DNA of 64,000 nucleotides, from assembly GCA_041178425.1 (NCBI GenBank), contig JBEGVH010000013.1:1-64000 (forward strand). Reading direction: 5' to 3'. This DNA is from Pseudomonadota bacterium. GTDB taxonomy: Bacteria; Bdellovibrionota; Bdellovibrionia; Bdellovibrionales; Bdellovibrionaceae. Shown in pieces: positions 1 through 8,987 of the stretch (its first letter is position 1; each line of letters starts with the position of its first letter). A program made the position numbers and the translations under genes. The notes under the pieces were generated by a model. That model was not told the DNA's origin, made no database searches, and was given only the letters and a program-made list of their open reading frames with translations.

Positions 1-240
<240 letters not shown>

Positions 241-313
241 TAAATTTTTTAAGATGGAATTAATTACTTGCTAAAAATCTCTAGAGTTAAACTTTTCAAT
301 TGTTTTAAATTTT

Positions 314-429
314 GCTGGTGCCTTTAGCAGAGAGGCCACACCTGATCCCATTTCGAACTCAGCAGTTAAGCTCTCTTGCGGCGATGGTATTGCATGGTAT
401 TCCATGTGGGAGAGTAGCACGGTGCCAGC
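314..429 (+). rRNA. rrf: 5S rRNA
   Basis: Terminal helix GCTGGTG...TGCCAGC with CACCTGATCCCATTTCGAACTCAGCAGTTAAG and GGGAGAGTAG motifs; ~116 nt, downstream of 23S. Confidence 0.97.
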
Positions 430-439
430 TTCTTTTTTT

Positions 440-471
440 AAACCGCCTAAGAAATTAGGCGGTTTTTTTTT
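440..471 (+). terminator. Rho-independent terminator of the rRNA operon
   Basis: AAACCGCCTAA-GAAA-TTAGGCGGTTT perfect hairpin followed by a T run. Confidence 0.92.
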
Positions 472-474
472 GCC

Positions 475-888
475 TTAGGGTCTGTAAATTCTCACTATTT
501 CCCATATTTTGTTATCAGTATGTCTGTTGTAGAGTTCAAATTGTATCATGAGTCTTGTGTCGGCGCGTTCTGGATTTTCAGCGATTAGAATGGTTTGGAG
601 CCGATAGAGTCCTGTTTTTTTGGTTGCGATATTTGTTTTAGCTAGATTTTCCCACTTAGTTGTTTGTGGTGATGTTGAAATCACTGTTTCTTCATATAAA
701 TCATTCATTTCTGCTGGGAGAGCTTTTTGTTTTGATAAATCCAAGAGATCATTTTGGATATCCGCTGTAAGTTTGTGTACCTCGGGCTGTACTGAGGATT
801 GGTCAAAGTGGGCGTTCTCAATTTGGAGGCCAATGATTATGGCTCCGAGGCCCAGTAGAACTGCTCCGGTGGTAAGTATTTTTTTCAT
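475..888 (-). CDS. Hypothetical protein with N-terminal signal or membrane anchor
   Basis: 137 aa ORF beginning MKK plus a hydrophobic stretch; SD-like GAGGG upstream; 8 nt downstream of the acyltransferase gene. Confidence 0.7.
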   Translation of the reverse strand: MKKILTTGAVLLGLGAIIIGLQIENAHFDQSSVQPEVHKLTADIQNDLLDLSKQKALPAEMNDLYEETVISTSPQTTKWENLAKTNIATKKTGLYRLQTILIAENPERADTRLMIQFELYNRHTDNKIWEIVRIYRP

Positions 889-896
889 TTTTCCCT

Positions 897-1655
897 CTAT
901 AGATAAATGGATTTTCTTGATTGTACTTCTGCGGTGAGTGCGATTTGCATTTTCTCTTGAATATCAGCCGTTATTTCATGGACGAGATCGTTGTTATTCG
1001 CCGCCTCGGCCTTATAAGGGAGATAGATGGGTGGAAGAAAAATTATTTTCCACTTTGAAGGTAAGGGCAGAAAGTTAATGGGTAGGGGTAATATTAGTTT
1101 TTTCAGGAGAAATGGTAGCTTTATAGAGGCTAGATTTAGTTGGCTCTCTTCTGCTCCGACTATTAGCGTTGGAATAATTGGGGACTGTGTCTCTATTGCC
1201 CATCGCACAAATCCTCTTTTAAACTCCTGAAGCTGATATTTTTTCGAAGAGGGTTTGAAGTTTCCCTTTTCGCCTTCTGGAAATAAAATGACTAGCTCTC
1301 CATCGTGTAAGAGCTTCACGCCATTGTCCGTATTAGCTTCAATAAAACCTAGGCGTTTTGCTGGAATGGCGGTCGCTTCTGAGATGAACCAGAAGAAGTG
1401 AGTCATAACTTTTGGTAGCCGATTGGTTTTAGTTGCGACTTCGTGAGTCAATATTATTGCGTCGAGGCCTGCAAATCCGGAGTGATTGGGTATGATTATA
1501 GCTGGTCCGTCTTTTGGAAGGTTTTCAAGACCCTTAGTTTTTAGGCGGAAGTAGTTTTTGAAGAGCTTAACTAAACTATCTTTAATTAAGGGGTTTAGTA
1601 CAATTTTACTTAGTATTTCTGCGGACTTCTCACTTAAACTTGTTTTTTCTTCCAT
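897..1655 (-). CDS. Lysophospholipid acyltransferase family protein (PlsC/LPLAT-like)
   Basis: NHSGFAGLD (NH..D-type motif), FPEG, and F.RGFVR motifs. Confidence 0.85.
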   Translation of the reverse strand: MEEKTSLSEKSAEILSKIVLNPLIKDSLVKLFKNYFRLKTKGLENLPKDGPAIIIPNHSGFAGLDAIILTHEVATKTNRLPKVMTHFFWFISEATAIPAKRLGFIEANTDNGVKLLHDGELVILFPEGEKGNFKPSSKKYQLQEFKRGFVRWAIETQSPIIPTLIVGAEESQLNLASIKLPFLLKKLILPLPINFLPLPSKWKIIFLPPIYLPYKAEAANNNDLVHEITADIQEKMQIALTAEVQSRKSIYL

Positions 1656-1799
1656 TGATTAAACCCGTCTAATCCTTCTTAAAATAAAAATCGGTGACCA
1701 CTAAAGTTATTATGTTCAATGATTGGTATTGGGTTAAGTAAATTTAGTGAAATTCGGCAATGTATTTGGCGTAAATAGTTTTTATGGAAGGGACTAGAT

Positions 1800-3284
1800 G
1801 TGAGAAAGTTTATTTTGTCCATTGATCAGGGAACAACTGGGTCGACTGCCGCTTTAGTTGATCATCATGGAGTTTGGCTGAATGCTGTTAGTGTCGATTT
1901 TGCACAGATTTTTCCAAAGCCGGGTTGGGTGGAACATGATCCTGAGGATATTTGGAGCTCCGTAAAACTTGCAGTTAAGAAGCTAGTAAAGAAAACTAGG
2001 GTACCCCTAAGCGATATTTTGAGTATTGGAATTACAAATCAAAGAGAGACTGTTGTTTTGTGGGATTCTGATACAGGGAAACCAGTGTACAATGCTTTGG
2101 TTTGGCAATGTAGAAGAACTACGAATATTTGTGAGAAAATGAAAAATAAGGGCTTTTCAAAGATAATTAAAGAGAAGACGGGTTTGGTGTTAGATCCCTA
2201 TTTTTCAGCTTCAAAGGTGCTTTGGATTCTTGAAAACGTTCCCAGAGCTAAACAACTTTTGAAGAGTGGAAAATTGAGAATTGGAACCGTCGACTCCTTT
2301 CTTTTGTGGCGTTTGACGGGTGGCAAAAGTCATAAGACCGAAGTGAGTAATGCATCCAGAACGATGCTCATGAATTTAAATACTTTAGATTGGGATCCTT
2401 ATTTACTTAAATTATTTCGGATTCCCAGAGCTTCACTACCGGAGATTCATTCAAGTGATGCTATGTTTGGAAAAACCAACGGGCTTGATTTTTTACCAGA
2501 CGGAATTTCCATAGCGGGAATACTTGGAGATCAACAAGCGGCACTTTTTGGTCAGGCATGTTTTAAGCCTGGTGCTATCAAATGCACATTTGGCACTGGT
2601 TCTTTCATTCTCATGAACACGGGGAACAAAATATTATCTTCTAACTATGGAATGCTAACGACGGTAGCTTGGAAAATTGGTTCCAGAGTTTCCTATGCGA
2701 TCGAGGGTGGAGCTTTTGTTTGCGGAGCTGCGGTTCAATGGCTTAGAGATGGTCTTGGTATAATATCCAAATCAGAAGAGGTTGAGCGCTTAGCTAAAGA
2801 AGTGAACTCTTCCGATGGCGTAGAGTTTGTACCGGCTCTAACAGGTCTAGGTGCCCCCTATTGGAATGCAGAGGCTCGTGGAGTTATTTCTGGAATTACA
2901 AGAGGAACGACTAGGGGGCATATAGCACGAGCAACTCTCGAGGCTATGGCTCTTCAGAACGTAGATTTGATAACATCTATGGAAAAAGACCTAGGTAGAA
3001 GAATAAAAGCGATCAATGTTGATGGTGGAGCTACTGCCAATAATCTTCTGATGCAGATTCAATCAGATTATTTGGGAAAGAAAGTAATTAGGCCTCGAAT
3101 TATAGAAACAACCGCTTATGGAGCTGCTCTCGTAGCAGGATTAGGGATTGGCTTATGGAGTGGTCCCGAAGAACTTGTAAGTAAATGGAATTCTGATCGT
3201 GAGTTTTCATCTAAAATTTCTAAAAAAGAGCGTGAAAAGAGAATCTCGAGTTGGAAAAAAGCGATTGAGCGGACGATTTTCTAG
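1800..3284 (+). CDS. glpK: Glycerol kinase
   Basis: IDQGTTGS, GITNQRET, WQCRRT, DPYFSASK, GDQQAALFGQ and GLGAPYW motifs; GTG start. Confidence 0.97.
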   Translation: MRKFILSIDQGTTGSTAALVDHHGVWLNAVSVDFAQIFPKPGWVEHDPEDIWSSVKLAVKKLVKKTRVPLSDILSIGITNQRETVVLWDSDTGKPVYNALVWQCRRTTNICEKMKNKGFSKIIKEKTGLVLDPYFSASKVLWILENVPRAKQLLKSGKLRIGTVDSFLLWRLTGGKSHKTEVSNASRTMLMNLNTLDWDPYLLKLFRIPRASLPEIHSSDAMFGKTNGLDFLPDGISIAGILGDQQAALFGQACFKPGAIKCTFGTGSFILMNTGNKILSSNYGMLTTVAWKIGSRVSYAIEGGAFVCGAAVQWLRDGLGIISKSEEVERLAKEVNSSDGVEFVPALTGLGAPYWNAEARGVISGITRGTTRGHIARATLEAMALQNVDLITSMEKDLGRRIKAINVDGGATANNLLMQIQSDYLGKKVIRPRIIETTAYGAALVAGLGIGLWSGPEELVSKWNSDREFSSKISKKEREKRISSWKKAIERTIF

Positions 3285-3310
3285 CCTCAGATCTTAAATA
3301 TGAAGAAATC

Positions 3311-3353
3311 GGGGACTGGGAGTATCGTTACAAGAACAGATATCCAAGTCCCC
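3311..3353. terminator. Long imperfect hairpin between convergent glpK and DUF4360 genes (probable terminator)
   Basis: GGGGACT...AGTCCCC outer stem with inner TATC/GATA and GTT/AAC pairings. Confidence 0.55.
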
Positions 3354-3373
3354 TCGAATTCAACTTTTCTGCT

Positions 3374-3976
3374 TCAGCGGCAACGCTTCCATTGTAAACG
3401 ATAGATTAATCCAGAAGTAATATCGGCGCTATCTACTGTTCCCATCGTCTGTTCAAAATTAGCATTTGTTTTGGCCATCATCGAAGTATTGACTCTTAGA
3501 TTCACACTTGCACCGCATGGGGCCCAAACCAGTGTGTTTGCTCGAATCATATCGGTCAGACTGTAATTATCATTGATTGGGCCTAAAAATGTTTTTGATA
3601 ATCGCGGACCACGCGAGCCAGCCCAGAAGTACTCGGCATCAAATCTTGTGCTCGCACCCCTTGGAACGGCATTGAAACCTCTATAGTCCACTTGAAAAAC
3701 ACTCACACTATAACCCTGCGGAACTTGAACAGGGATGGTGATGTTACAGGCCTTTCGATCTACTGACCGATTCGTTGTGTAGCCGGCCTCCGTAACATAG
3801 CTATCAAAGAGAATGCTAACAGCGGAGTCATCCGGGCTGACATTGACACTCGCTGATCCAGCTGGGCAACCGGTCCCACCATATGATGGCGCTCCCAAAC
3901 GAAGTTGGCTAGCATGAGCAGAAAGAGAAATTGCAGAAAAGTAACCAACCAATAGAAATAGAACAAGTTTACCCAT
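3374..3976 (-). CDS. DUF4360 family secreted protein
   Basis: Signal peptide; GTGCPAGS...SILFD...RKACNITIPVQVPQGY...VDYRG pattern and terminal WKRC typical of DUF4360. Confidence 0.85.
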   Translation of the reverse strand: MGKLVLFLLVGYFSAISLSAHASQLRLGAPSYGGTGCPAGSASVNVSPDDSAVSILFDSYVTEAGYTTNRSVDRKACNITIPVQVPQGYSVSVFQVDYRGFNAVPRGASTRFDAEYFWAGSRGPRLSKTFLGPINDNYSLTDMIRANTLVWAPCGASVNLRVNTSMMAKTNANFEQTMGTVDSADITSGLIYRLQWKRCR

Positions 3977-4053
3977 AAGAACCCCCCAGTATAGTAAATC
4001 GTTGTTAGGATTTTTTAGATCCTAGTGTCATTTCGAACACAGAAGGTTTTAAA

Positions 4054-4069
4054 AGCAATTGATAGGCCA
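4054..4069 (-). promoter_or_regulatory. Putative sigma54 (-24/-12) promoter for the DUF4360 gene
   Basis: Minus strand TGGCCTATCAATTGCT gives GG-N10-GC with TTGCT, about 80 nt upstream of the start. Confidence 0.6.
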
Positions 4070-4693
4070 AACAAATGAGAGTCATTATGGCACCGACGTA
4101 AAAAATAAAGAGCGCTTAAAATATTTTTAACGAATCATGATAAAAAATAAAACCCCGTCAGGGCGGATCCAAACGTACTAAACAGTCAATAAAAAATCTG
4201 GTTCTAAACTCTTGAACTAAACAACGATGACAACATTAAGAAAAGGCTATTCGTATGTCTGTCTGACTAATTTTAGATTTGAGCAAGTATAAAGACATCA
4301 GTGGAAAAAGGGAATTTTTCAGTCATGGAAACCAATAAACTAAATCGAGACTCGAAGATTACAGCCACCTCGTAATTTTAAATGTTTTATTAAGTTGATT
4401 GAGAATCTAATCATATTAGGATCTAGCTTGAATGCTTGTTCGAACATCACCAGAATTCCTTCAAATAGAAAGCATAGCTAAGAATTCAGTGGTCCATTGA
4501 AATTATGGCCAAAGCCTAGGTTGGTGGAATTAGAAATGCCCAAAGTTTAATTCTATGTAAGCGCTTAATCAGGGAACTGACTTTGGGCTTATTTTACAAA
4601 TCCTGTACTCAGCGCCATTGTTTTTTTCTGGTAAAGTAGAAAAAAAAAGTTTATCGGGTATCGATGGGTCAACAATTTAACGACGGAGTTCAT

Positions 4694-5038
4694 ATGAAGA
4701 TTTTCATTCTACTTGGGTTTTTGGTTTCTAGTTTTGCTTTTGCATCGGACAACGCTGCTGGAGAAAAACTTTTCGTAACGAATTGCTCTATGTGCCATGG
4801 GGTTGATGGTAAAGGTCAGACAGATACTGGTAAGGCACTTAAAGCAAGAAATTTTGTAACCGATGATTTCAAACAAGTAAAAGATAAGAAAAAAGGTCCA
4901 ACAGAAGAAGATATCATGAATACGCTCAAAACGGGAGTTCCTGGAACAGGAATGGCTCCCTTCGCCCATTTGCCAGAGTCCGATCGAAAAGCTCTAGCAA
5001 AATACGTTCTGACTCTACGAAAAGCCGGAAAAAAATAA
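4694..5038 (+). CDS. Periplasmic monoheme c-type cytochrome
   Basis: Signal peptide, CSMCH heme motif and distal GTGMAPF Met. Start placed at ATG 4694 behind GGAG. Confidence 0.9.
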   Translation: MKIFILLGFLVSSFAFASDNAAGEKLFVTNCSMCHGVDGKGQTDTGKALKARNFVTDDFKQVKDKKKGPTEEDIMNTLKTGVPGTGMAPFAHLPESDRKALAKYVLTLRKAGKK

Positions 5039-5051
5039 TCTGAAAATCAAA

Positions 5052-6380
5052 CTATATGTATTGAGAAGCCCATGTCGCGAAAGCGGCCTGGGCTTTTTTT
5101 ATTTGAGTAGACTTACGTATACTTTTATCTGCGATTTTTTCCTCTAAAGGAGGAAAAAGACCCATGTTAATATTTGTGGGCTGAAAATGTTTAATTTTTG
5201 TTTCGTCTGTAATCGCATTGATGAGTGAGCCAAAAGCGGATTCCCGAGGAGGGAGTTCCCAAGCTAAGCCCTTTATTTTTGCTACCAGAGATTTAGCAAT
5301 GAGTAACCCAATAGAAGTTGATTCAAAATAGCCCTCTACTCCTGTAATTTGGCCAGCAAAAAAAAGATCTGCGTCCCACTTGGATGAAAGATTTAAGTTT
5401 AGAAGTTTGGGCGTGTTTATAAAAAGATTTCGGTGAATGCTGCCCAATTTTAAAAATTCAGCGTTCTGGAGTCCCGGGATCATTCTAAAAACCTCTTTCT
5501 GATCACCGTAGGCCATGCGTGTCTGGAAACCGACGATGTTGTATGCGGTTCCCTCCTTGTTATCTTGGCGAAGTTGGACTGCAGCAAAAGGGTACCGCCC
5601 GGTGCGAGGATCAGTGAGGCCAACTGGCTTCATAGGACCAAACCTAAGGGTTTGATCGCCTCTATCTACCATGACCTCAATCGGCATGCAGGATTCAAAA
5701 AATGGAGTTTCTTCGAAATGTTTGGGCTCAATTTTTCGAGCCGCCTTAATTGCACTGATGAAAGCGAAATATTCTTCCTTATTGAGTGGGCAATTATAGT
5801 AATCAGGGCTGCCTTTGTCGTAGCGATCGGCCTTCCAGGCGATAGAAGTATCAATGCTATCGGCATCAATAATTGGAGCGATGGCATCAAAAAAATAGAG
5901 AAACTCCCCCCCAAAGTGATCTTGTAAGGATCGTGCTAAGGATTCATGGGTAAGGGGGCCAGTAGCTATTACACAAGGGCGCGGAACTTCACCGAGTGAA
6001 TGAATTGGAGACCGTCTGACCTCGATGAGAGGATGATCTTCAATCCATTTAGTAATAGTTTTGGCAAATACCTCTCGATCAATCCCCAACGCTTGTCCTG
6101 CAGGTACTTGCGCCAAATGGGCCGCCTTTAGGACAAAGGAATTTAGTCGTTGTGCCTCCCATTTTAGCTGCCCCGGTGCGGAGATTTCTGCCATCGATCC
6201 GAAAGAGTTTGAACAAACGATTTCGGCAAAGTTAGAAGTGCGGTGAGCTGGAGTGATCACCTCGTCACGCATTTCATAGAGAACCACGGAAATACCGCTA
6301 TTTGCTAACTGTAGGGCGCACTCGCTGCCCGCTAAACCGCCACCAACAACCGTTACAACCATTTTTTCATTTTTTAACAT
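5052..6380 (-). CDS. trmFO: Folate/FAD-dependent tRNA (uracil-54-C5)-methyltransferase TrmFO
   Basis: GGGLAGSE, AEIVCSNS, LYFFDAIAP, FGPMKPVGL, GSIHRN and AGQITGVEGY motifs. Start is 6380 or 6386. Confidence 0.96.
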   Translation of the reverse strand: MLKNEKMVVTVVGGGLAGSECALQLANSGISVVLYEMRDEVITPAHRTSNFAEIVCSNSFGSMAEISAPGQLKWEAQRLNSFVLKAAHLAQVPAGQALGIDREVFAKTITKWIEDHPLIEVRRSPIHSLGEVPRPCVIATGPLTHESLARSLQDHFGGEFLYFFDAIAPIIDADSIDTSIAWKADRYDKGSPDYYNCPLNKEEYFAFISAIKAARKIEPKHFEETPFFESCMPIEVMVDRGDQTLRFGPMKPVGLTDPRTGRYPFAAVQLRQDNKEGTAYNIVGFQTRMAYGDQKEVFRMIPGLQNAEFLKLGSIHRNLFINTPKLLNLNLSSKWDADLFFAGQITGVEGYFESTSIGLLIAKSLVAKIKGLAWELPPRESAFGSLINAITDETKIKHFQPTNINMGLFPPLEEKIADKSIRKSTQIKKAQAAFATWASQYI

Positions 6381-6462
6381 GGTCATGGCCTACCGAATAA
6401 AAGACTGCCTGTCAAAGGAAGGGCTGTTATAGATATGTGAGTTAATATGGGGATGGTAAGCA

Positions 6463-6873
6463 ATGGAATTTAAACCTAAAAGAAAAGGCAATGGTAAGCT
6501 CAGCAGTAGTTCTGCCATTATTCAGTCCCTTTTTGAAGGCAAACAGAGCCCCCTTTCGGAACAGTTCGTACGTTGGAAAATCTGGTACTCTTGGACTGAT
6601 TATGTGGGGCCGACGATGGCAAATTGTTGCCTGCCTGTTGGCTATGATCGAGGGACGCTCTTTGTTTGGGTTAAGAACTCAACATGGATGCATCATTTAC
6701 AATTCTTGAAAGAGACCCTTCAGGAGCAAGTTAATACTCGCTTGGGTCACAATTATGTTAAGAGGATTCGTCTCACGCTTGACCGTAATGAAGCTCCTAA
6801 TGCATCGGATCCTGAATGGCAGGCTTTTATTGATAATATTCTGAATGGCGAAAAAAATAAAATAGATCCCTGA
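6463..6873 (+). CDS. DUF721/DciA family protein (helicase-loader-like)
   Basis: W..YVG...A..C.P.....GTL.V.V.NSTWMHHL.F.K..L...VN..LG...V..IRL pattern. Confidence 0.75.
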   Translation: MEFKPKRKGNGKLSSSSAIIQSLFEGKQSPLSEQFVRWKIWYSWTDYVGPTMANCCLPVGYDRGTLFVWVKNSTWMHHLQFLKETLQEQVNTRLGHNYVKRIRLTLDRNEAPNASDPEWQAFIDNILNGEKNKIDP

Positions 6874-6913
6874 GAGCTTTTTGTAGGAATGGCTTTATTA
6901 GAATTCAAAATAT

Positions 6914-7987
6914 CTAAGACTCAATGGTTTCTTTTTTCTTTAACTGCAATTGTATTTGTTCTGGCGAAACGCGAACTTCATCACCCTTTTTATCAATTGG
7001 TTCTTCGATAACAAGTATGTCTCCGCGATGAAGTTCCACGGGAGTATGAGATTTTTTTATGAAAGTTAAAAACTCGCGATGGGGTCCTCGGCAAATAAGC
7101 TGTCTCGACTTCCCCTTCTCATTGAGAAAATCTCCTACCACTCGGATTAATGACTTTGCAGGAGCTATTTGATTTTCGTTCCCTTTTTTTCTGAGAGCGA
7201 GGTAACTTAGTGTGAGCGTGGAGTTGGAGAATGGTAGATAATCTTCAATTTCAATCATCCACCCAGGACGATTAAAAAATAATCTATCATGGCACCAATC
7301 TCTTTTAGATTCTCTGAGGAGTGGGCAATCTTCTTGATGGGTGCAAGGGGCTACCACTTCAAAGTTTCTTTGTAGGGCAGCCTCTCTCAATTCTAAAAGT
7401 CGTCTCCCATCGTCTCTTGTCGATGGTTCAATGATGATCATTTTGTCCGCTGTCCAAATCCATTGGGGAAGCTGAGCTAATTCGGTGAGTGAATAAGACA
7501 TGACATTAAGGGTTTGCGGCGCCAAGGTGCGGGGAGTTTGGGTTAGCCAATGAGGAGAGGGCATCGTCTTATTGGCGAGCATTCGTTGAGTTAAGGTTTC
7601 TCTGGGAAACAGGCCTTTTTCAGACAACTGACAACTGAGGATTGAGTTATGCGTATTGATTGAATGATGGAAAGCTTCGAGACTGGGACCTAATCCAACT
7701 CCGAACTCATTCCAATGTAAAGGTTGGGTGAAAAATTGAAGCCGATGGAGTTCTTCAAAAACCCTTAAGTTTCTGATAAAGTTCAAAGGGAAATAGTAAG
7801 CCAATTGAGCCTGCTGACACCAAAGCTCATTCCAAGGCGTAGATCCCTCAGGTTGTTCAATGTAAAAATCAGCCATTTTTTTAATAGACTGAGCGAGAAT
7901 CTTTGGTTGATTAATTGATGTTCCGATTCGGTTTAGTTGTTCTTCAATCCATTCAACAAGGTTTGTGGGGAGTGAGTAGCTTTTCAT
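6914..7987 (-). CDS. Rsm22/METTL17-like SAM-dependent methyltransferase-fold protein
   Basis: AYYFPLN, EFGVGLGP (SAM motif I-like), SYSLTEL, IIEP and APCTHQEDCPL...DWCH motifs. Confidence 0.8.
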   Translation of the reverse strand: MKSYSLPTNLVEWIEEQLNRIGTSINQPKILAQSIKKMADFYIEQPEGSTPWNELWCQQAQLAYYFPLNFIRNLRVFEELHRLQFFTQPLHWNEFGVGLGPSLEAFHHSINTHNSILSCQLSEKGLFPRETLTQRMLANKTMPSPHWLTQTPRTLAPQTLNVMSYSLTELAQLPQWIWTADKMIIIEPSTRDDGRRLLELREAALQRNFEVVAPCTHQEDCPLLRESKRDWCHDRLFFNRPGWMIEIEDYLPFSNSTLTLSYLALRKKGNENQIAPAKSLIRVVGDFLNEKGKSRQLICRGPHREFLTFIKKSHTPVELHRGDILVIEEPIDKKGDEVRVSPEQIQLQLKKKETIES

Positions 7988-8985
7988 TTTAATTTAATGT
8001 GCTCAATGATTTGATCAACGGTTATTTTGTTTAAACAATAGTAATAGGAACAAGTTTTGCCTAAGCATTTCATTTTAGCGGGGCAACTTACCTGGGGGAT
8101 AATGGCAATAGTTTTGGGACCGCGAGGACCCCACCTCGTTGGAGTTTGAACTTTAATTGGACTGTATATTCCAATAGTTTTAACACCTGTGCTTGCTGCA
8201 AGATGAATAACGCCAGTGGAAGGGGCGATCACAGCCTCGCTTTCAGAAAGGACTTTAATTAAAGCTGCTAAATCTAAATCGCCAACGAGCCAACGAAGTC
8301 TTTTCAAAGATTTCAAGGCAGGCTCAATTTCACTCAGTATGGGTAAATCACTTCGTGTTCCTGTGATTACAACATCATGATCTAGTTGAATTATTAGTTT
8401 TTCAGCTAACTTTAAATAGTCTGCCATTCGCCAATTGAGAGCGGAGCCAGCCATACCTGGATGGATGACAAAATAGGGTTTGGTTAGCTCCGGTGGCATT
8501 GGACTTGTACTCTGTAAATTTAGGAGGGGAGTATTTTGAATTCCATTTCGGTTCCCTGTTATAGCCCAATTGACAAGCTCCCAATTGTAGTCTGACTCAT
8601 GTTTTTCTGAGCGACTTCTTTTTTGCTTGAGGGTTTGATTGAAAAATAACAACTGAAACCATCGACTACGCGGGCTATACCGGTTTTGGATGCCAGCAAA
8701 GTAACAGGCCGCTGCGACCCACCATGGTGCATAGAATAGAATTACTTGATCGAACTGTTTTGATTTCAATTTAGAGACTAGAAGCCAAAATTTTGACCAA
8801 GAAAATGTGGTGCTCTCACTCCAGAAATTTCGTTTAGGTTGTGCGCATTCAAGAACTGGCTCTAAGCCAGATGAAATGAGCCATTGAATCGAAAAATGCT
8901 CCTTGAGAAACGAGGGATGCTGATCGACGGGGAGAGTGCAAACCAAGTCTCCCAGTCGATCCATTCGAATCAATAGTACATTCAC
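7984..8985 (-). CDS. Glycosyltransferase family 9 (heptosyltransferase-like)
   Basis: RMDRLGDLV, IHPG, NW, STGVIHLAA and RWGP motifs. Confidence 0.9.
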   Translation of the reverse strand: MNVLLIRMDRLGDLVCTLPVDQHPSFLKEHFSIQWLISSGLEPVLECAQPKRNFWSESTTFSWSKFWLLVSKLKSKQFDQVILFYAPWWVAAACYFAGIQNRYSPRSRWFQLLFFNQTLKQKRSRSEKHESDYNWELVNWAITGNRNGIQNTPLLNLQSTSPMPPELTKPYFVIHPGMAGSALNWRMADYLKLAEKLIIQLDHDVVITGTRSDLPILSEIEPALKSLKRLRWLVGDLDLAALIKVLSESEAVIAPSTGVIHLAASTGVKTIGIYSPIKVQTPTRWGPRGPKTIAIIPQVSCPAKMKCLGKTCSYYYCLNKITVDQIIEHIKLK

Positions 8986-8987
8986 AA

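Noticed and set aside
4006..4446. Short shared words (TAGGATCTA, TGTTCGAA) in opposite orientation within the long intergenic region
   Set aside because: They are only 8-9 nt long and in swapped order, so they do not form a coherent inverted repeat or mobile-element end.
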